Shown: one piece after another, positions 23,298 to 36,770 of the stretch
Layout of the letters: the number at the start of each line of letters is the position of its first letter
How positions within the stretch are numbered: position 1 is the first letter of the stretch
Source of the DNA: Podospora anserina
Taxonomy: Eukaryota
NCBI GenBank assembly: GCA_017654855.1
Contig: CM030336.1
Location: forward strand, 2,480,001-2,544,000
Length of the DNA stretch: 64,000 nt
Reading direction: 5' to 3'
Program-made: the position numbers and the translations under genes
Notes under the pieces: generated by a model
Told to the model about the DNA's origin: nothing
Seen by the model: only the letters and a program-made list of their open reading frames with translations
The model's database searches: none

Positions 23298-25568
23298 CTC
23301 GACTCGAGACTTGTCGCCTGACGGCTGACCCGAGCCTGCATGAATTAGCCAACCAAGCAGTCAGCAAACAGCAATCCAGCCCAACCCGGCGTTGTTCTTC
23401 TTCCCGCTTCGGAATCCGTCTGTGCAGGTGCTGGGTTCCAGCGATGGCGGGGATTTAGGGCCTGGCGATGCAAAGGAGGGGCGCCAAGAAACAGGTTACA
23501 AGGCGACGATGTTTGCCAGCCAGAGGGTAGGACAGCGACGGTCAAAAGTAAGGAGCTGGTGTAGCGGTTCAAGCAGCTAGATAAAATGCGACGGGAGTTG
23601 GAGAAAAGCGAGGTGCTGTGGCCGTGTGTGTGTGTCCTCCCAGTTGTCAATCGTTGCCCGTGTTCATAGATGAGGGGGGGCAATTGTTGGCTGTTCCTCT
23701 TCCCTCCTCCAGGAGTGGGCAGCGAAGCAAAAAGGCAAGCAGCGGATAGGCCGACAGAACCTGTCATGAAACTCGGAGCAACAAGGGCCCCGGTTTGGGG
23801 ATTTTGTGATCCTTTTCTTTTAATCTGGTACACTGTGCTGCTGCCGCCCTCCCGCCGTCTCCTCGCAGTCGAGCGGTTGTGTTGGTGAGCTGCTCTGTTG
23901 CATCAAAGGCGCGCCCCTCCTTGGCGATGGATGGTGATTACTGGGATCCCATGTTTCTCCCCTTGGCTTCTGGCTAGCTGCCATCTGGTCCAGCGAAGGA
24001 AGGATTCCATGTACTGCGCCCATAGTAGAACCCGATCCGCAGATGATTCCCGGAGTGTGCTCAGAAGCGGGCATGGAAAACGGTTCACGTACCTGATATT
24101 CGCGACATCTTAGGGCCAGTCGTTCCCATGGTCGGCATCGAAGTCGTTACGGCTTGCCCCGCGTATTGGTTACCCCAGCGTGGTGCTGCCCAGGACGTCA
24201 TTGCGACAGTGATGGTGGGGTTGACAGTGTGCTAATGCGCTCGCGGGAAGTGGCCTGCAGGTCGTCGATGGTGGGGCAGAAGAACATTCTCTTGTACTCT
24301 CTTGTTGATTTGAGTCTTTGAAGACTCTTCAAGATACGCGGCGAGGTGTTAGTCGATAGGTCATATAAGAACAGCGGGTGATACCTCAGGAAATATAGGA
24401 TATTAAAGTCTTGGACCTAGAAGCTCTTGTGCGGCCCAGCTCAAAGAAGTAGCACACGGAGCTGAGCTCTAAACGGCTGAAAAGGAAAGAAGAACCTTGG
24501 AATGCCGCGTGTTGGCATGCAAGGAACAAGGGCGTTCCACTGAAATTTAAACCAAGCGTCTCTTTGAGGTTTGGACTGAGGCGAAGCCCACGAGATCTAC
24601 CATCTCGAGCCCTCCGTGATGGGTACGAATGTGTAGCGAAATATTCTGAGTTACACACCATCTTCTCTATGTTTCTTCAGATCTGCCTGGTTCTGCTTGA
24701 TCGGGACTGGGCATCACGAGCCGAACCGTGAAAAAAGCCTCGTTCTTACCAGGGTCAGCAGCCCAAAAGGTGATATCAAGGTTGACACCCTACCCTTAAC
24801 TCGGCACCGTCCCATGTTTATAACAGCATGTTTGGTTGCTTACTGATACACCGCATGCTAGAATCCGTGGTACAGCTTAGAGACCAACTTCAACCACTGT
24901 GATCTTGGCAAGAGTTACCGCCGTTTCTTCCTTCTTCCAAAATGGTGCACTGGTAGGAAACCGGCGGTGGCTGATACTTTGCTGAAGCCGCTAACGACCT
25001 CGTGATGAGTCTTGTCTTCGAAGCTCAAAACCTGAGCCCCCGGATTGCCACTCAAAACTCTGAAATAGATTTCTCTGCACTCATGAGGTCAGTTTCGCGG
25101 CTTGCAGCATGATACCAGTGACCATGTGTGGTGACACTCCAGGGCTTCAGGGTTGATGCAAGACATTCTTGCAGTGGAAGAACCCTTGGCATGTGAAGTC
25201 GGTCCCAGCTGCCGACCAGCTGCCAGCTTCTACCCCAGGCTCCCAAGAGCTCCCAATGCCAAGGCGGCAGCACAGGGCACGTAGGACGTCAGCCTTTCAG
25301 CCTGCAGCTGCCAGCGGCGGACTCCAACAGCCTCACCACCGATAATCGATATTGACAATCACCATCACCACCCAAACTACCGCTGCCAAACATCCACCCG
25401 GCATTCACCCCGATTAACTGCACACTTACCGAACGACGACGATACCAATCGAACATCGAATTGAATAACTAATCTACATCTCCAACCCAACAACCATCGC
25501 CCTTTCCCCCAAAGGCACCTCCCATCGACAGCTCCCAAAGCTCCCATCCACCACACCCATCCTCAACC

Positions 25569-26446
25569 ATGGCCGACCGCCAACTCACCACCCTCCTCAC
25601 CCAACTCCGCACCCCCTCCCTCCCCTTCCCCCAATCCACCACCCTACTCTCAAAAGCCAAACTCCTCCTCCTCCAGCTCTCAGCCCTAACCCCCTCCCCC
25701 ACCATCCTCCCCGCCAACCTAACCCTCGCCCGCGAGGTCTACGAGCTCGGCGCCCTCCACTCCCTCCGCGCCAAAAACCCCGACTCCTTCACCCGCTACG
25801 TCTCCCAGCTCCAGCCCTTCTACGAGCTCCCCCCTTCTGCTTTCTCCTCCCCCTCCCAAAACCAAAACAAAGTCACCGCCCTCTGGCTCCTCTTCCTCCT
25901 AACCCAAGGCCGCTACACCGAGTTCCACTCCGACCTCGAAGGCCTCTCAACCCGCGGTTCTGTCGCAGAAGTGGAAAACGACAAGTTTTTGGGGTACCCC
26001 ATCAAGCTGGAGAGGTGGCTCATGGAGGGGGCGTATGACCGGGTCTGGAAGGCGATGAAGAAGGGGGAGGTTCCGAGTGAGGAGTTTGGGGTCTTGTGCG
26101 AGGTTTGTTCCCCCCTCCCTCCCTGATCCGTAAACAGAATGCTAACATCAACAAAAAGGTATTGACCCCCCAAATCCGCCGAGAAATCGCCTCATCCTCC
26201 GAGCGCGCCTACCCGTCCCTCCCCTTCCTCTCAGCCCAGTCCCTCCTCTTCCTCGACTCGGAAGGCGCCGTCGTCGACTTTGCCCACAGCCGCGGTTGGG
26301 TCATCAAGGATAGGACTATTTACTTCCCCACCGCCGCCGAGCTCAACGCCGACGAGGAAGGGGAGCAGGAGCAGGAGAAGGAGGTTGGCCAGATGGTGAT
26401 TGAAAACACGCTGGGGTACGCCAGGCAGTTGGAGACGATTGTGTAA
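25569..26446 (+). CDS. RPN12: 26S proteasome regulatory subunit Rpn12 (PCI domain)
   Basis: Motifs LAREVYELGAL, FTRYVSQLQPFY, YPIKLERWLMEGAYDRVW and C-terminal YARQLETIV. Intron 26103-26158; about 273 aa. Confidence 0.93.
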
Positions 26447-26916
26447 GGGGGGGGGCAGGCAGACGTTGGAGAAGAGAGAGGCAGGCAGGCGCATGGAATT
26501 GGGACAGCGTCGGTCACAAAAAAAAGACAAGGCCAGACACCAAAGAGAGCGTTTTGCTTGCTGTATTTAATATTGCTAGAGAGGGGGCGATGGAGATGAT
26601 AGATGAACAAACGACATACACAAACCATGCACAAAGCGTTTTCTCTCACTTAAGATTCCATCATGCTTACTTATTTTTGACAAACAACATCACTCAACAA
26701 CTAACAAATGCCACTACTTACTCCATAGCTTTATCACAAAAAGAACAACAACAAGAATCCCTTTACTCGCCAGCGTCCAAAAAAATAAATCATTCACCCT
26801 TTGCTACCAACCACACACACTTTCTAATGTGAGAAGAAAAATCCCCAACCAACCCCCTTCCTTCCTTCCCCCCCTTTGCTTTTCCGCTCCCCCGTTTTTG
26901 ACAAACGAAAAGACCT

Positions 26917-26955
<39 letters not shown>
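26917..26955. repeat. (AAC)13 microsatellite
   Basis: Perfect AAC run in the 3' region of the coatomer alpha gene; a short (ACCA)n run follows near 26990-27005. Confidence 0.95.
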
Positions 26956-26956
<1 letters not shown>

Positions 26957-27022
26957 CGATTATATATCAAGACTCCCGCCCGCTACCGCAACCAACCAAC
27001 CAACCAAACTAACCCATTTTGA

Positions 27023-30000
27023 TCAAGCAAAAAGCTTCAAACCGCTGCCGTGCTTGCCAACCTCGCACACCTCGCACACCTTGCAGACGGTGCCCTTGTA
27101 CTTGGTGTGGTACTTGGACCCGTCAAACGCGCACTCCTCATACGAGGTGCCGCTGTAGATGGGCGTGTAGCTCGCCGCGCAAATCTCAAACTCGGCAAAT
27201 TGATCAAACTCAATCTCCACCGCGTCGTGAGGGTTGCGCTCGCAGGTGGCCTTGTTTCTCCGGGCCTATTTGTGTCATGTTAGCACCTAGTTATCACATG
27301 TTAGAGATAGGAGAACTTACAGCTTCCAAAAGCTTGGCCAAAGCGCCGCCAGCATCACCGTTGGAGATTATCCTGTTAGCAAAGCTCAACGCGCTGCTGT
27401 AGTTCTTGCTGCGCATCGACTGAGTCATGGCATTAGACAGAGCCAACTGGCGATGAGCCACCTCAATCTTGGGAATGGTAAAGTAAGCGGCAAGCTCCAA
27501 GTTCCGCTTCAGGAGCTCGGGGTTGGCCAGGATGGCCTCTGGTGTGCCAAGAGACCTGCGCTCAAGCTCAATCGACATGGCGAGGGTGTACTCGGCAGCA
27601 GCAGTAATGACCTTCTTGGCCTCCGCAACCTCGTCCTCCGAGCCAACCGCGTTGACAAGCAGCGAGTGCAGGATGTTCTTGAAGATAGTCACACCCTCTT
27701 CCAGCTTGTTGGTCTTCATGCACTTGTAACCGCGGTGAAGATCATGCTCGGCAAGGTACTCCAGATCCCTGGGGATGACGGGAAGTACCTTTCTAAGATC
27801 AGCCTCCTCTACCGTGCGGCGAACATAGTTGACCAATGGGGGAAGGCCGGCCGACGCAGGGAGATATGTCTTGGAAGCCTGGTATACTTCCAAGAACCGG
27901 GACTTGAGAGGAGCAAAGTTGACGGCACCAACCTGACGGTTGAGCAGTTGCATCGCAGACTCAAACGAGCCACCGGCAGCATGGTCAACAGCCAAAGGTG
28001 AGTTGCGAGCCCAGAGATCAGCCTCGCTGCTGCCAGCACCACCAGCCTCAGCGATGTTGACATCGGTCAGGCCCTCCTCAATCTCTGGCACAACGTCATC
28101 ACCCATGTCCCATCCGCCAGCATCCTCCTCCTCCTCATCGGCGTCTCCAAGGAGGTCGCGCTTAGCACCATCCTCCTGAACTTCGGCGTCAACACCATTG
28201 ACCGCCGCTGACTCGTCTTCTAATGAAAGACCCTCCATCTGGCCAAGCAGCGCCTTCTCGAAGAAGGATTGCGATGTGGCCTTTGTTGGCCAGTTGGCCT
28301 TGTATGTAGGAACAACGGGCTTGGGAGGCGTGAGAGGCTCGCCAAAGGTGGGGAGGTTGAGCTCGTCTTCTGTGAGACCGGCAGCCTCCAAGATCGACTG
28401 GCACTCCTCCTCCAGACCGTGGGCCTTGGCTGTAGCGTAGGCCAGAGGATAGAGATCGATCTCCTTGAACATCTGGATTCTGTCCTCAACCTCACCAAGA
28501 TAGAGGGCGTTTTGGAATCTAGAGCCAAAGTCTCCGCGGTGCTCAGCAATCTTGGCCATCCTAGTCAGCTTGGCCTCGTCACCGGTTGTGAGATATAGGA
28601 AGGAGAGCTTGTCGAACTGCTTGAGCTTCTGATAGCACATCTCAACAATGGAGTGGTTCCCGTGAGCAAGGGCCTCGGCGCTCAATCTCGTCCACAATTT
28701 TGGCCTGTCCAGCTGCTTGGCCATCTCAACAGCCACCTCAAGGTTTCCGCACTCAATCGCAAGCTCGAAGCGGGTGGTGGGGTCTTGCACGAACTGAAGG
28801 GCAATCTCTGGGTAGCCCTTCTTTTGCAGGTACGAAATAATGGATTGGCCGACCAAGCTGGAGTTCTGAATGATGTGCAGCATCTCCTCGTAGTTTCTCT
28901 TGACAAGGGCAAGCTTGAAGCGGTACTCGGTAGGGTCAATCTGGAGGATTCTGGGCTTCGCAGCACGATCCAAGCAGTAGACGTTACGGCCCTTGACCCT
29001 CACAAGATAGACAGTCTGATCAAGAGTGCGGACGATACCATTGTCGCCGTTCAACAGCGTGTACTTCACGTGGTTAAGGGTGGAATACAACAAGACGCCG
29101 GCGTCGTCCCAGGTGGCGCTCTTGATGCGGATCGTTTCGTGGAGCGTGCTGACCTGCTCAAGGGTCTTGGTCACAATGGTGACATTGTGCTTGCTGAGGA
29201 GAGCGGCATAGAGGCCATCGTTGGACCAGACGACGTACTTGACACCATTTACGGCGAGCTCGGCAGTGGTCTTCTTCTGCTGAACATCGTAAAGGTGTAC
29301 TGCCGTGGGGGTGATGATGAGAAGGTTACCCGTGCCGCCGAAGTAGATGTCGCTAGTGCCAAGAGGGGGCTTGAAGGACCGGGTAACGTTGTTCTGAAGG
29401 TCCTTGATATCGATGGTTTGGGCAGCGGTGTTCAGGACGGCAAAGCGGTTGCGGGCAACAAAGATGGCCGAGTTACCAAAGCCCCGCTTGGACTCGGTTG
29501 GCTCAATGGCGCCGGTACCATCACGGGGAAGGTTGATGAGCTCATAAGAGCCGCCGTCCGCTGGGGATGTGACAAGAACCGAACGCTCAGCAGGGTTGTA
29601 AGACAGCGTCCTTGGGGGAACCCAGGGGCTGCCCAGCTTCTTGAGAGACAGCAGAGTTGGGGACTCGACGTTCTTTTGCAGGTCGTATGACTTGACATGC
29701 TTCTCCTTGGTGATATAGAAGAGCTGGTTTTGGTAAACAGCCGACGCGGGTCTCTCGCGCTCCAACTTGAACACCATTACACCATTATCGTGTCCAGCAG
29801 CGAAAAGGTTGATCTCGGGATGCGCGGCGATGACCCAGAATCTGTCGTTTTCTCTCTTGAACGTGTGTACCGCCGTACGCTTGTTCAGATCCCAAACACG
29901 AATCGTCTTATCCTCGCCGGCCGAAAGAATGAGGTCCTGGTGAGGGTGGAACAAGCACCCACTGGCGTTCTGGAAATGCCCGCGGCAAGTATCGACCTCC

Positions 30001-31036
30001 CACGCCTTGGTTTCGCTCATGCGCCACAACTTGATGAGACGATCGTCGCCCGCCGACACTATCAGGGGCATGGTAGGGTGGAACGAGACCCAGTTAACGC
30101 CTCTATCGTGACCCTCGAGAACGAACTTGACGACGGCATCGGTGTTTCCAAACATATCGGCTTGTTGTTGGTTGGCCTGGTTCATTTGACTTTCGTAGAT
30201 GGACGCAGGGGCGGAGTGTTTCTTGCGCAAGCCGGAGACTAGGCAGCATTGTCAGTACCTGCCAGGCAGTGTCTAGACCCAAAGTTCACCTACTATCCCA
30301 AACACGAACAGTCTGATCGAGCGAGGCGGACACGACGAGGTCGGCATCCTTGGGGTGGAATTGGGCACACATGACATAGTGGTTGTGGCCCGTCATGGTG
30401 CAAACTGTCCTTCTCCGTCAGCAAGAATTCCAAGCCCACCCTGTAGTTCCAAGCACACATACGCAGGGAGCGGTTCTGCCAGTTCCATATCCGAATCGTC
30501 TGATCGTCAGAGGCGCTGACAATCCAAGGGAGCTCGTTGTGGAAGAAGACGGTTCGAATGTAGTCCAAGTGACCGTTCAGGGTGAACAGACACCTCCTGG
30601 TCTGGTAAGACCAGACCTTGATCTTGTAGTCGTCACCACCCGAGACGAACAGGGGCTACCGCAGAATCAGCAAGCTGTCCACCTTATCTACTAACCGAAT
30701 CCCAGCCATTCCTCACCTGCGTCTTGTGGAAGTCGACACCGCGGACGGGGCCATCGTGCTCTTCGAATCGGTCAATCAGTGTGCCCATACGGTAGTCCCA
30801 AAGCTGAATGGTCGAGGAGTGAAGCGAGACGAGGATCCATGGTCTGGTAGGGTCAGTGTCAGCGTGGCCGTGAAATGGCGGGGAAGCTCTGGAGCTGCGA
30901 ACCGTTTGGGATGGAATGCGATTCCCTTTGCGCGCGACGACTTGGACTCGAACTAGAAAAAGTGTCAACACCAACACCAATGCAGCCAGATGTGGTGAAG
31001 GTATACCTTTGTGAGCATGCCCGAAGCGGACTGCAT
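27023..31036 (-). CDS. COP1: Coatomer subunit alpha (alpha-COP)
   Basis: Spliced N-terminus [64 protein letters not shown]40 repeats, and C-terminus [11 protein letters not shown]...[16 protein letters not shown]. About 6 introns (31006-30953, 30902-30844, ~30717-30657, ~30463-30405, ~30292-30239, 27320-27266). Confidence 0.96.
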
Positions 31037-31902
31037 CTTGGCTGGTGGAGGATACCTAGGCCCAGGCACCTGGCATCAAATGGGGGAGGGGGGGCGGTAT
31101 CGAAGGGGTTCGTAGCTTCGTAATGAGGGAGTATCGACGATTAATAAAAATGCCGATGCCCGCTCGTAGCAAAAGAGAGATTAGATAGTGAGCAGCGCCT
31201 GGGGTAAGTAATGGCGGCGTGTCGTGTATCTTGAGGGAGATGGTGGTGGTGTGTCCGAGGAACTGGGGCCGCTGCTGTTGTTGTCCAGATGTCCACGCCG
31301 TCCCCATCAAATCATAGGAGACCCGTGGCATCTCATTCAATTGTGGGTTCCACTGCTGCACAAGGGGGGGAGCTGGCTGCAGCCTCAGGCACAAAACGCA
31401 CATTCAATTTTCCGGGCCCACCCTGGCTTTTTTGGTAGAGAGCACCAGCCACATGCTACTAAAGTGCCAACCTTTTTCTAACGTTAGCGTGGCTTTGCCC
31501 CCTTAGCTCTAGCGGGAGCTAGTCCGGATTGGTTAAGCTCCCCATTGGTGATGTGTCCAGAATTGACAGCTGAGAGCTTCAGCACTTACAGCGGTTGGCC
31601 CACCATATGAAGTGGTGATAGCGACGAAGTGTAGGCATAAGAGACAAGGTCTTGACATCGTCTCCTACTTGCTGTATAGGGACAAGCTTCTTATCCAATT
31701 CTACTATTTTTCCTTTCACTTTGGGTTAACCCAACGAATTGTTCACCTGCTCCTGACGCCAGCGTGGCATTTAAGCCGAGGCGCATGTCCGCTGGCGGAT
31801 ACTTCCAGACTTGACGCAATCTCCAGTACCACGAAATCCAGACCTTTGGGCAACCATATCTTCGGCACATAGAAACAGCGCGCCCACAGGCCAACTGTCG
31901 AT

Positions 31903-34900
31903 ATGCTTCGACTTTCACAACTACCATTAGGTCTTGCTGCCATCCTCGCAACATGCTTGTCCCCAGCCCATGTCGGGGCATCCCCGTCGGTGAATGTTGC
32001 GCTGAAGGCGGCCTTCCCTGCCCCTCCATATCTGGTTGAACTGCTGTACGTTGTCCATACGAATTGGTAAAACCCAAGAGGCAAAGGAAGAGCTAACACG
32101 AACCAGAGAAACGGCAGCTTCCGACAATGCGACAGCTTACTTTGCCCTCCTCGATCGTGTCGCAAAGGGCGACTTTGTGGAGGCCACGACGGACAAGACG
32201 CTGTACGAGAAGTTCGTGGAAGTACTCCAGGATGATGGACACATGGATGCGGAAGCTCTCTCGACCTTCAAGCTGGCCTTGTCCATGAGAACTGCCGCCC
32301 CTCGAATTGAGGCGCATTACCAATACTATTCGACAGCCGTGGAACCATCGCTGGCCGAAGATCAGGTTGGCTGCGTTCAGTGGTATCTTCTTGATGGGAA
32401 GCAATACTGCACTCCTTCTTTGGACAAGGCGCACGCCGATGTGAAGCAGAGCAGTCAGGAAAGGACGTTGCCATTTGATCACAAATTCGGCGCCGGTGCC
32501 AAGGACATTATTCTGTATGCCGATATCACTTCATCAAGTTTTGGCAAATTCCACGAGACAGCCAAAGAGATCGCGCAAAAGGGAGAGGGTTCATACCGCA
32601 TCAGGTACAAGAGAAGCGCTGCGCACCCAGAGGAGACTCTCTCCGTTAACGGCTACGGAGTTGCCCTCACCCTCAAGAGAACTGATTACATTGTCATCGA
32701 CGACAGAGACACAGGCGCCGCGAAGGCCCAAGACGAGGCGCAAAAACCCATTGGAGCTTCCGATGTGGTCCTGGATGACGAGGAAGAGATTACTGATATC
32801 AAGCCATTGGAGAAGTCTGAGCTTACTCCTCTCGCCATGAAGGCTGCTTCTTTTATCATGAAAAGTGACTCGCCTTTCGAAACGCTCCTCAAGCTCACCC
32901 AAGATTTCCCCAAATACTCGACCTCGCTTGGCGCACATAACGTTTCCGAGGAGTTTGAGGAGGAGCATCGTCTCAACCGCCAGGTCTTGGCCCCTGAGGG
33001 TGTCAACGTCTTGTGGATGAACGGTGTTCAACTGATTGATCGTCAGATTCAGCCATTTGGACTGGTCGATCTTCTGACCCGTGAGCGCAAGCTAATTCAC
33101 GGCGTTTTGGATCTTGGCTTGACCGGAGAACAAGCCGTGTCTCTGCTTGGTCATAGCGAAATTGCCCAGGCCAAATCGGCAGATGATGAACCTCGCAGGT
33201 TCGACTGGCGGGACAAGATCGAGGATGGTGAGGTTATCGTCTGGCTTAACAACATCGAAAAGGACAAAAGATACCAGGAGTTCTCGCCAAGCATTTGGAC
33301 CATTCTTCAGAGCTTCGGTGGACTACCTCAAGTGCGAAAGAACATGTTCAACTTGGTTGCCCCGGTCGACTTGACAAAGCCTGAGGACGTCACCGTCATT
33401 GTTGAGCAGCTCCTCGTGTTCATGAAGCGACTGATTCCCGTCCGGTTTGGTTTTGTCCCCCTCACCCCCACCGGAGAAGCCATTGACCAAGCCAAGGTGG
33501 TCTACTACCTGCTTGATACCTATGGTCTCTCTGCTACCGTTGCTTACCTGGAGAACTCTCTCGAGTCAAAGAAGACGTCCAAGGCCGATGAGGGAGTCTT
33601 TAAGCAGGCTATCAAGGACCGCAAGCCGAAGGAAGACGCTACAGTCTTGGCTTTCAAGGACATCTTCACCTCGGAGCACCATGAAAAACAAATCCATCTT
33701 GCCAAGCATTGGGTTGAAAGACTCCGCGCTGACACTGAAGTCCCTCCTGTTTTCTTTAACGGCTTCCCCATTCCGAGAGAAGAGAACTGGCTTAGAGCCA
33801 TGAACCAAAAGCTGGGCGCCGAGCTGCAGGAGATTCAGCAGGGTGTGTACTTTGGTCAGATTGGAGATGAGACAAACATCGAGGCCCAGTTCGCTGAAAA
33901 GGCCATCGCTCGCCGCAACACTTTTATTTACCCTGAGGATGCCCGTGATATCACCATTCTCAACTTCAACAAGGTCTACACCGAGAATGCCTACCTCTTT
34001 GACAAGATGCCTGTTGTTGAGGCAGACAAGGACTCAACCAAGGAAGACTGGGCTGCGCTGACGGTCATCACTGACTTGAGTACCCCCGATGGTCAAAAGC
34101 TGGCGTACTTTGCCCTCAAGTTCCGCAAGGATAGCCCGGGCGTCAGGATTGATATCGTCCATAACCCCAAGGATACCAGCCAGTCGGCATCTGCCCTCAC
34201 TCTTCATATCAAGAAGCAGGAGGACAGTCTAGCGACTGTCAACACCCTGTTGGATCTTGAAACCGTCCTTGATAATGTGTCAGCAGAGGCTGATCGTGAA
34301 CTCGATGCTGCTCTGGCCAGCTTCTTGTCTAGCGTCAACCTCAAGGCAGGCAACAGCGCTCTTATCCTCAACGGCCGCCTTGTAGGCCCTATCCCCTCTG
34401 CCGAGGACTTCAAACCTGAAGACTTGGAGACCTTCCTTGAGACGGAGCGTGCCCAGCGCATCGTTCCTGTTCACAAGGCGATCGAGGATCTTGGCCTCGG
34501 TGATAAGATTTCTGGTCCTTTGGATGCCGCCAAGTTGACCTCAGTCACTGCTCTCTCGGGTATTTCTGATCTCCCACAGGGCATCTTTGACTCTGCGCCA
34601 TCTGTGAGAATCAGTCAGTTCAGCGAATTCAAGAAGGAACACACGTCATTCGAGGTTGGTGACGCTTCCAAGGCCACCATTTTCTTCACTGCCATCATCA
34701 ATCCCGCTAGCGAGGGTGGACAAAAGTGGGCTGCTATCCTCAAGGTTCTTTCCGAGTTGGAGGGCGTGCATCTTCGGGTGTTCCTCAACCCCACCGAGAA
34801 TGTTCAAGAGCTGCCCATCAAGAGATTCTACCGTTATGTTCTCAACTCTGCTCCCACCTTCGACCAGGATGGAAAGGTTGCGTCCCTGTCAGCCAACTTT

Positions 34901-36445
34901 GCTGGTGTTCCTCAGGATACCTTGTTTGTTGCCGGCATGGATGTTCCTCCTGCTTGGCTCGTTACCTCCAAGGTCTCGGTTGACGACTTGGACAACCTTC
35001 GTATTAAGGATATCAAAGCCAAGCGTGGCACCGAGCATGTCGAAGCTATCTACGAACTCGAAAACATTCTCATCGAAGGCCACTCCCGCGAGATGCCCAG
35101 CGGCGCACCCCCCAAGGGCGCCCAACTCGTCCTCGGAACCGAAAGCAACCCCCACATCGCCGACACCATCATCATGGCTAACCTCGGCTTCTTCCAGTTC
35201 AAAGCCAACCCCGGCGTGTACAACCTCAAGCTCAAGGAAGGCCGCTCCTCAGACATCTTCACCATGGTCAGCGTAGGAGCCCAAGGCTGGGCCCTCGCTC
35301 CCGGCGACGAAAACGCCGAGGTCACCCTCATGGACTTCCAAGGCACAACCCTCTACCCCCGTCTAACCCGCAACCCAGGCATGGAAGGCGAGGACGTTCT
35401 CGAGCCCACCGACCCCGAACCCGCCCCCTCAGGATCAGCAATGGACTACCTCAACAAAGGCCTCAAGTTCGCCGAAGGCATCCTGGGCAAGTCAAAGCCT
35501 GCAACCAAGTCCCTCAGCGAGACCGAGCACGCGGAGATCAACATTTTTTCGGTTGCCTCGGGCCACTTGTATGAGCGTATGCTCAACATCATGATGGTCA
35601 GCGTGATGCGGCACACGAATCACACTGTCAAGTTTTGGTTCATTGAGCAATTCCTCTCGCCTTCCTTCAAGGACTTTATTCCCGTGCTTGCGGAACAGTA
35701 CGGGTTCAAGTACGAGATGGTGACGTACAAATGGCCTCACTGGCTACGTCAGCAAAAGGAGAAGCAGCGCGAGATTTGGGGGTATAAAATCTTGTTTCTT
35801 GACGTTTTGTTTCCGTTGTCGTTGGATAAAGTCATTTTTGTCGACGCGGATCAGATCGTCCGCACCGATCTGTACGACCTTGTCCAACTCGACCTCGAGG
35901 GTAAACCCTACGGCTTCACGCCCATGTGCGACTCCCGCACCGAGATGGAGGGGTTCCGTTTCTGGAAGACGGGGTACTGGGCCAATTATCTGAGGGGACT
36001 GCCGTATCATATCTCGGCTCTTTACGTCGTGGATCTCAAGAAGTTTAGGGAGATTGCTGCGGGGGATAGGCTGAGGCAGCAGTACCACTCTTTGAGCGCT
36101 GACCCCAACTCGCTGGCGAATCTGGATCAGGATCTGCCTAATCACATGCAGTTCCAGATTCCGATCTTTAGCCTGCCGCAGGAGTGGCTTTGGTGCGAGA
36201 CTTGGTGCAGCGATGAGACGCTGGGCGACGCGAGGACGATTGATTTGTGTAATAACCCGCAGACGAAGGAGCCGAAGCTGGAGAGGGCTAGGAGGCAGGT
36301 GCCCGAGTGGACAGAGTATGATGAAGAGATTGCTGAGTTGGCGAGGAGGAACAGGGAGGGGAAGGAGAAGAAGGTGAAGGGGGCGAATACTAAGAGTAGG
36401 AGGTTTGAGGAGGAGACAAAGGGGCATGTGGTTGATGAGTTGTAG
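31903..36445 (+). CDS. UGGT: UDP-glucose:glycoprotein glucosyltransferase (GT24)
   Basis: Signal-peptide exon 31903-32045 (MLRLSQLPLGLAAILATCL...), intron 32046-32106. GT24 domain INIFSVASGHLYER...WGYKILFLDVLFP...FVDADQ...LDQDLPN. C-terminal VDEL ER-retention-like motif; about 1493 aa. Confidence 0.95.
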
Positions 36446-36770
36446 ATGTGGGAGATGTATACGTATATAAAGAAACATGGGGGATGTAGTTGTTGAGGTT
36501 AACAAAGTTTATTCGTGTTGCAAAATGGAAAGCATATAGTACTGTCCCTTATCGTCTCTCATGTCTTTTGGCTCCAAGTCATGCGACATACGCTGTGGCT
36601 AATAAATGACCTCTCTAACTCCTTCGCCGAGCAATGCATCCAACACCAAAATACCAACACTAGCAACGCAGTCCCTCCCCTGTTAACATCATCAATAGGA
36701 AAATACTCCATCCCGCTTCCAGCAAGGCCGTTTCCACACCATAACCCATCACAACTCCTGCCACCCCCAT

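Noticed and set aside
23345..25500. Short ORFs between the chitin synthase activator and RPN12
   Set aside because: No coding bias or motifs; best read as 5'UTR, intron and divergent promoter sequence.
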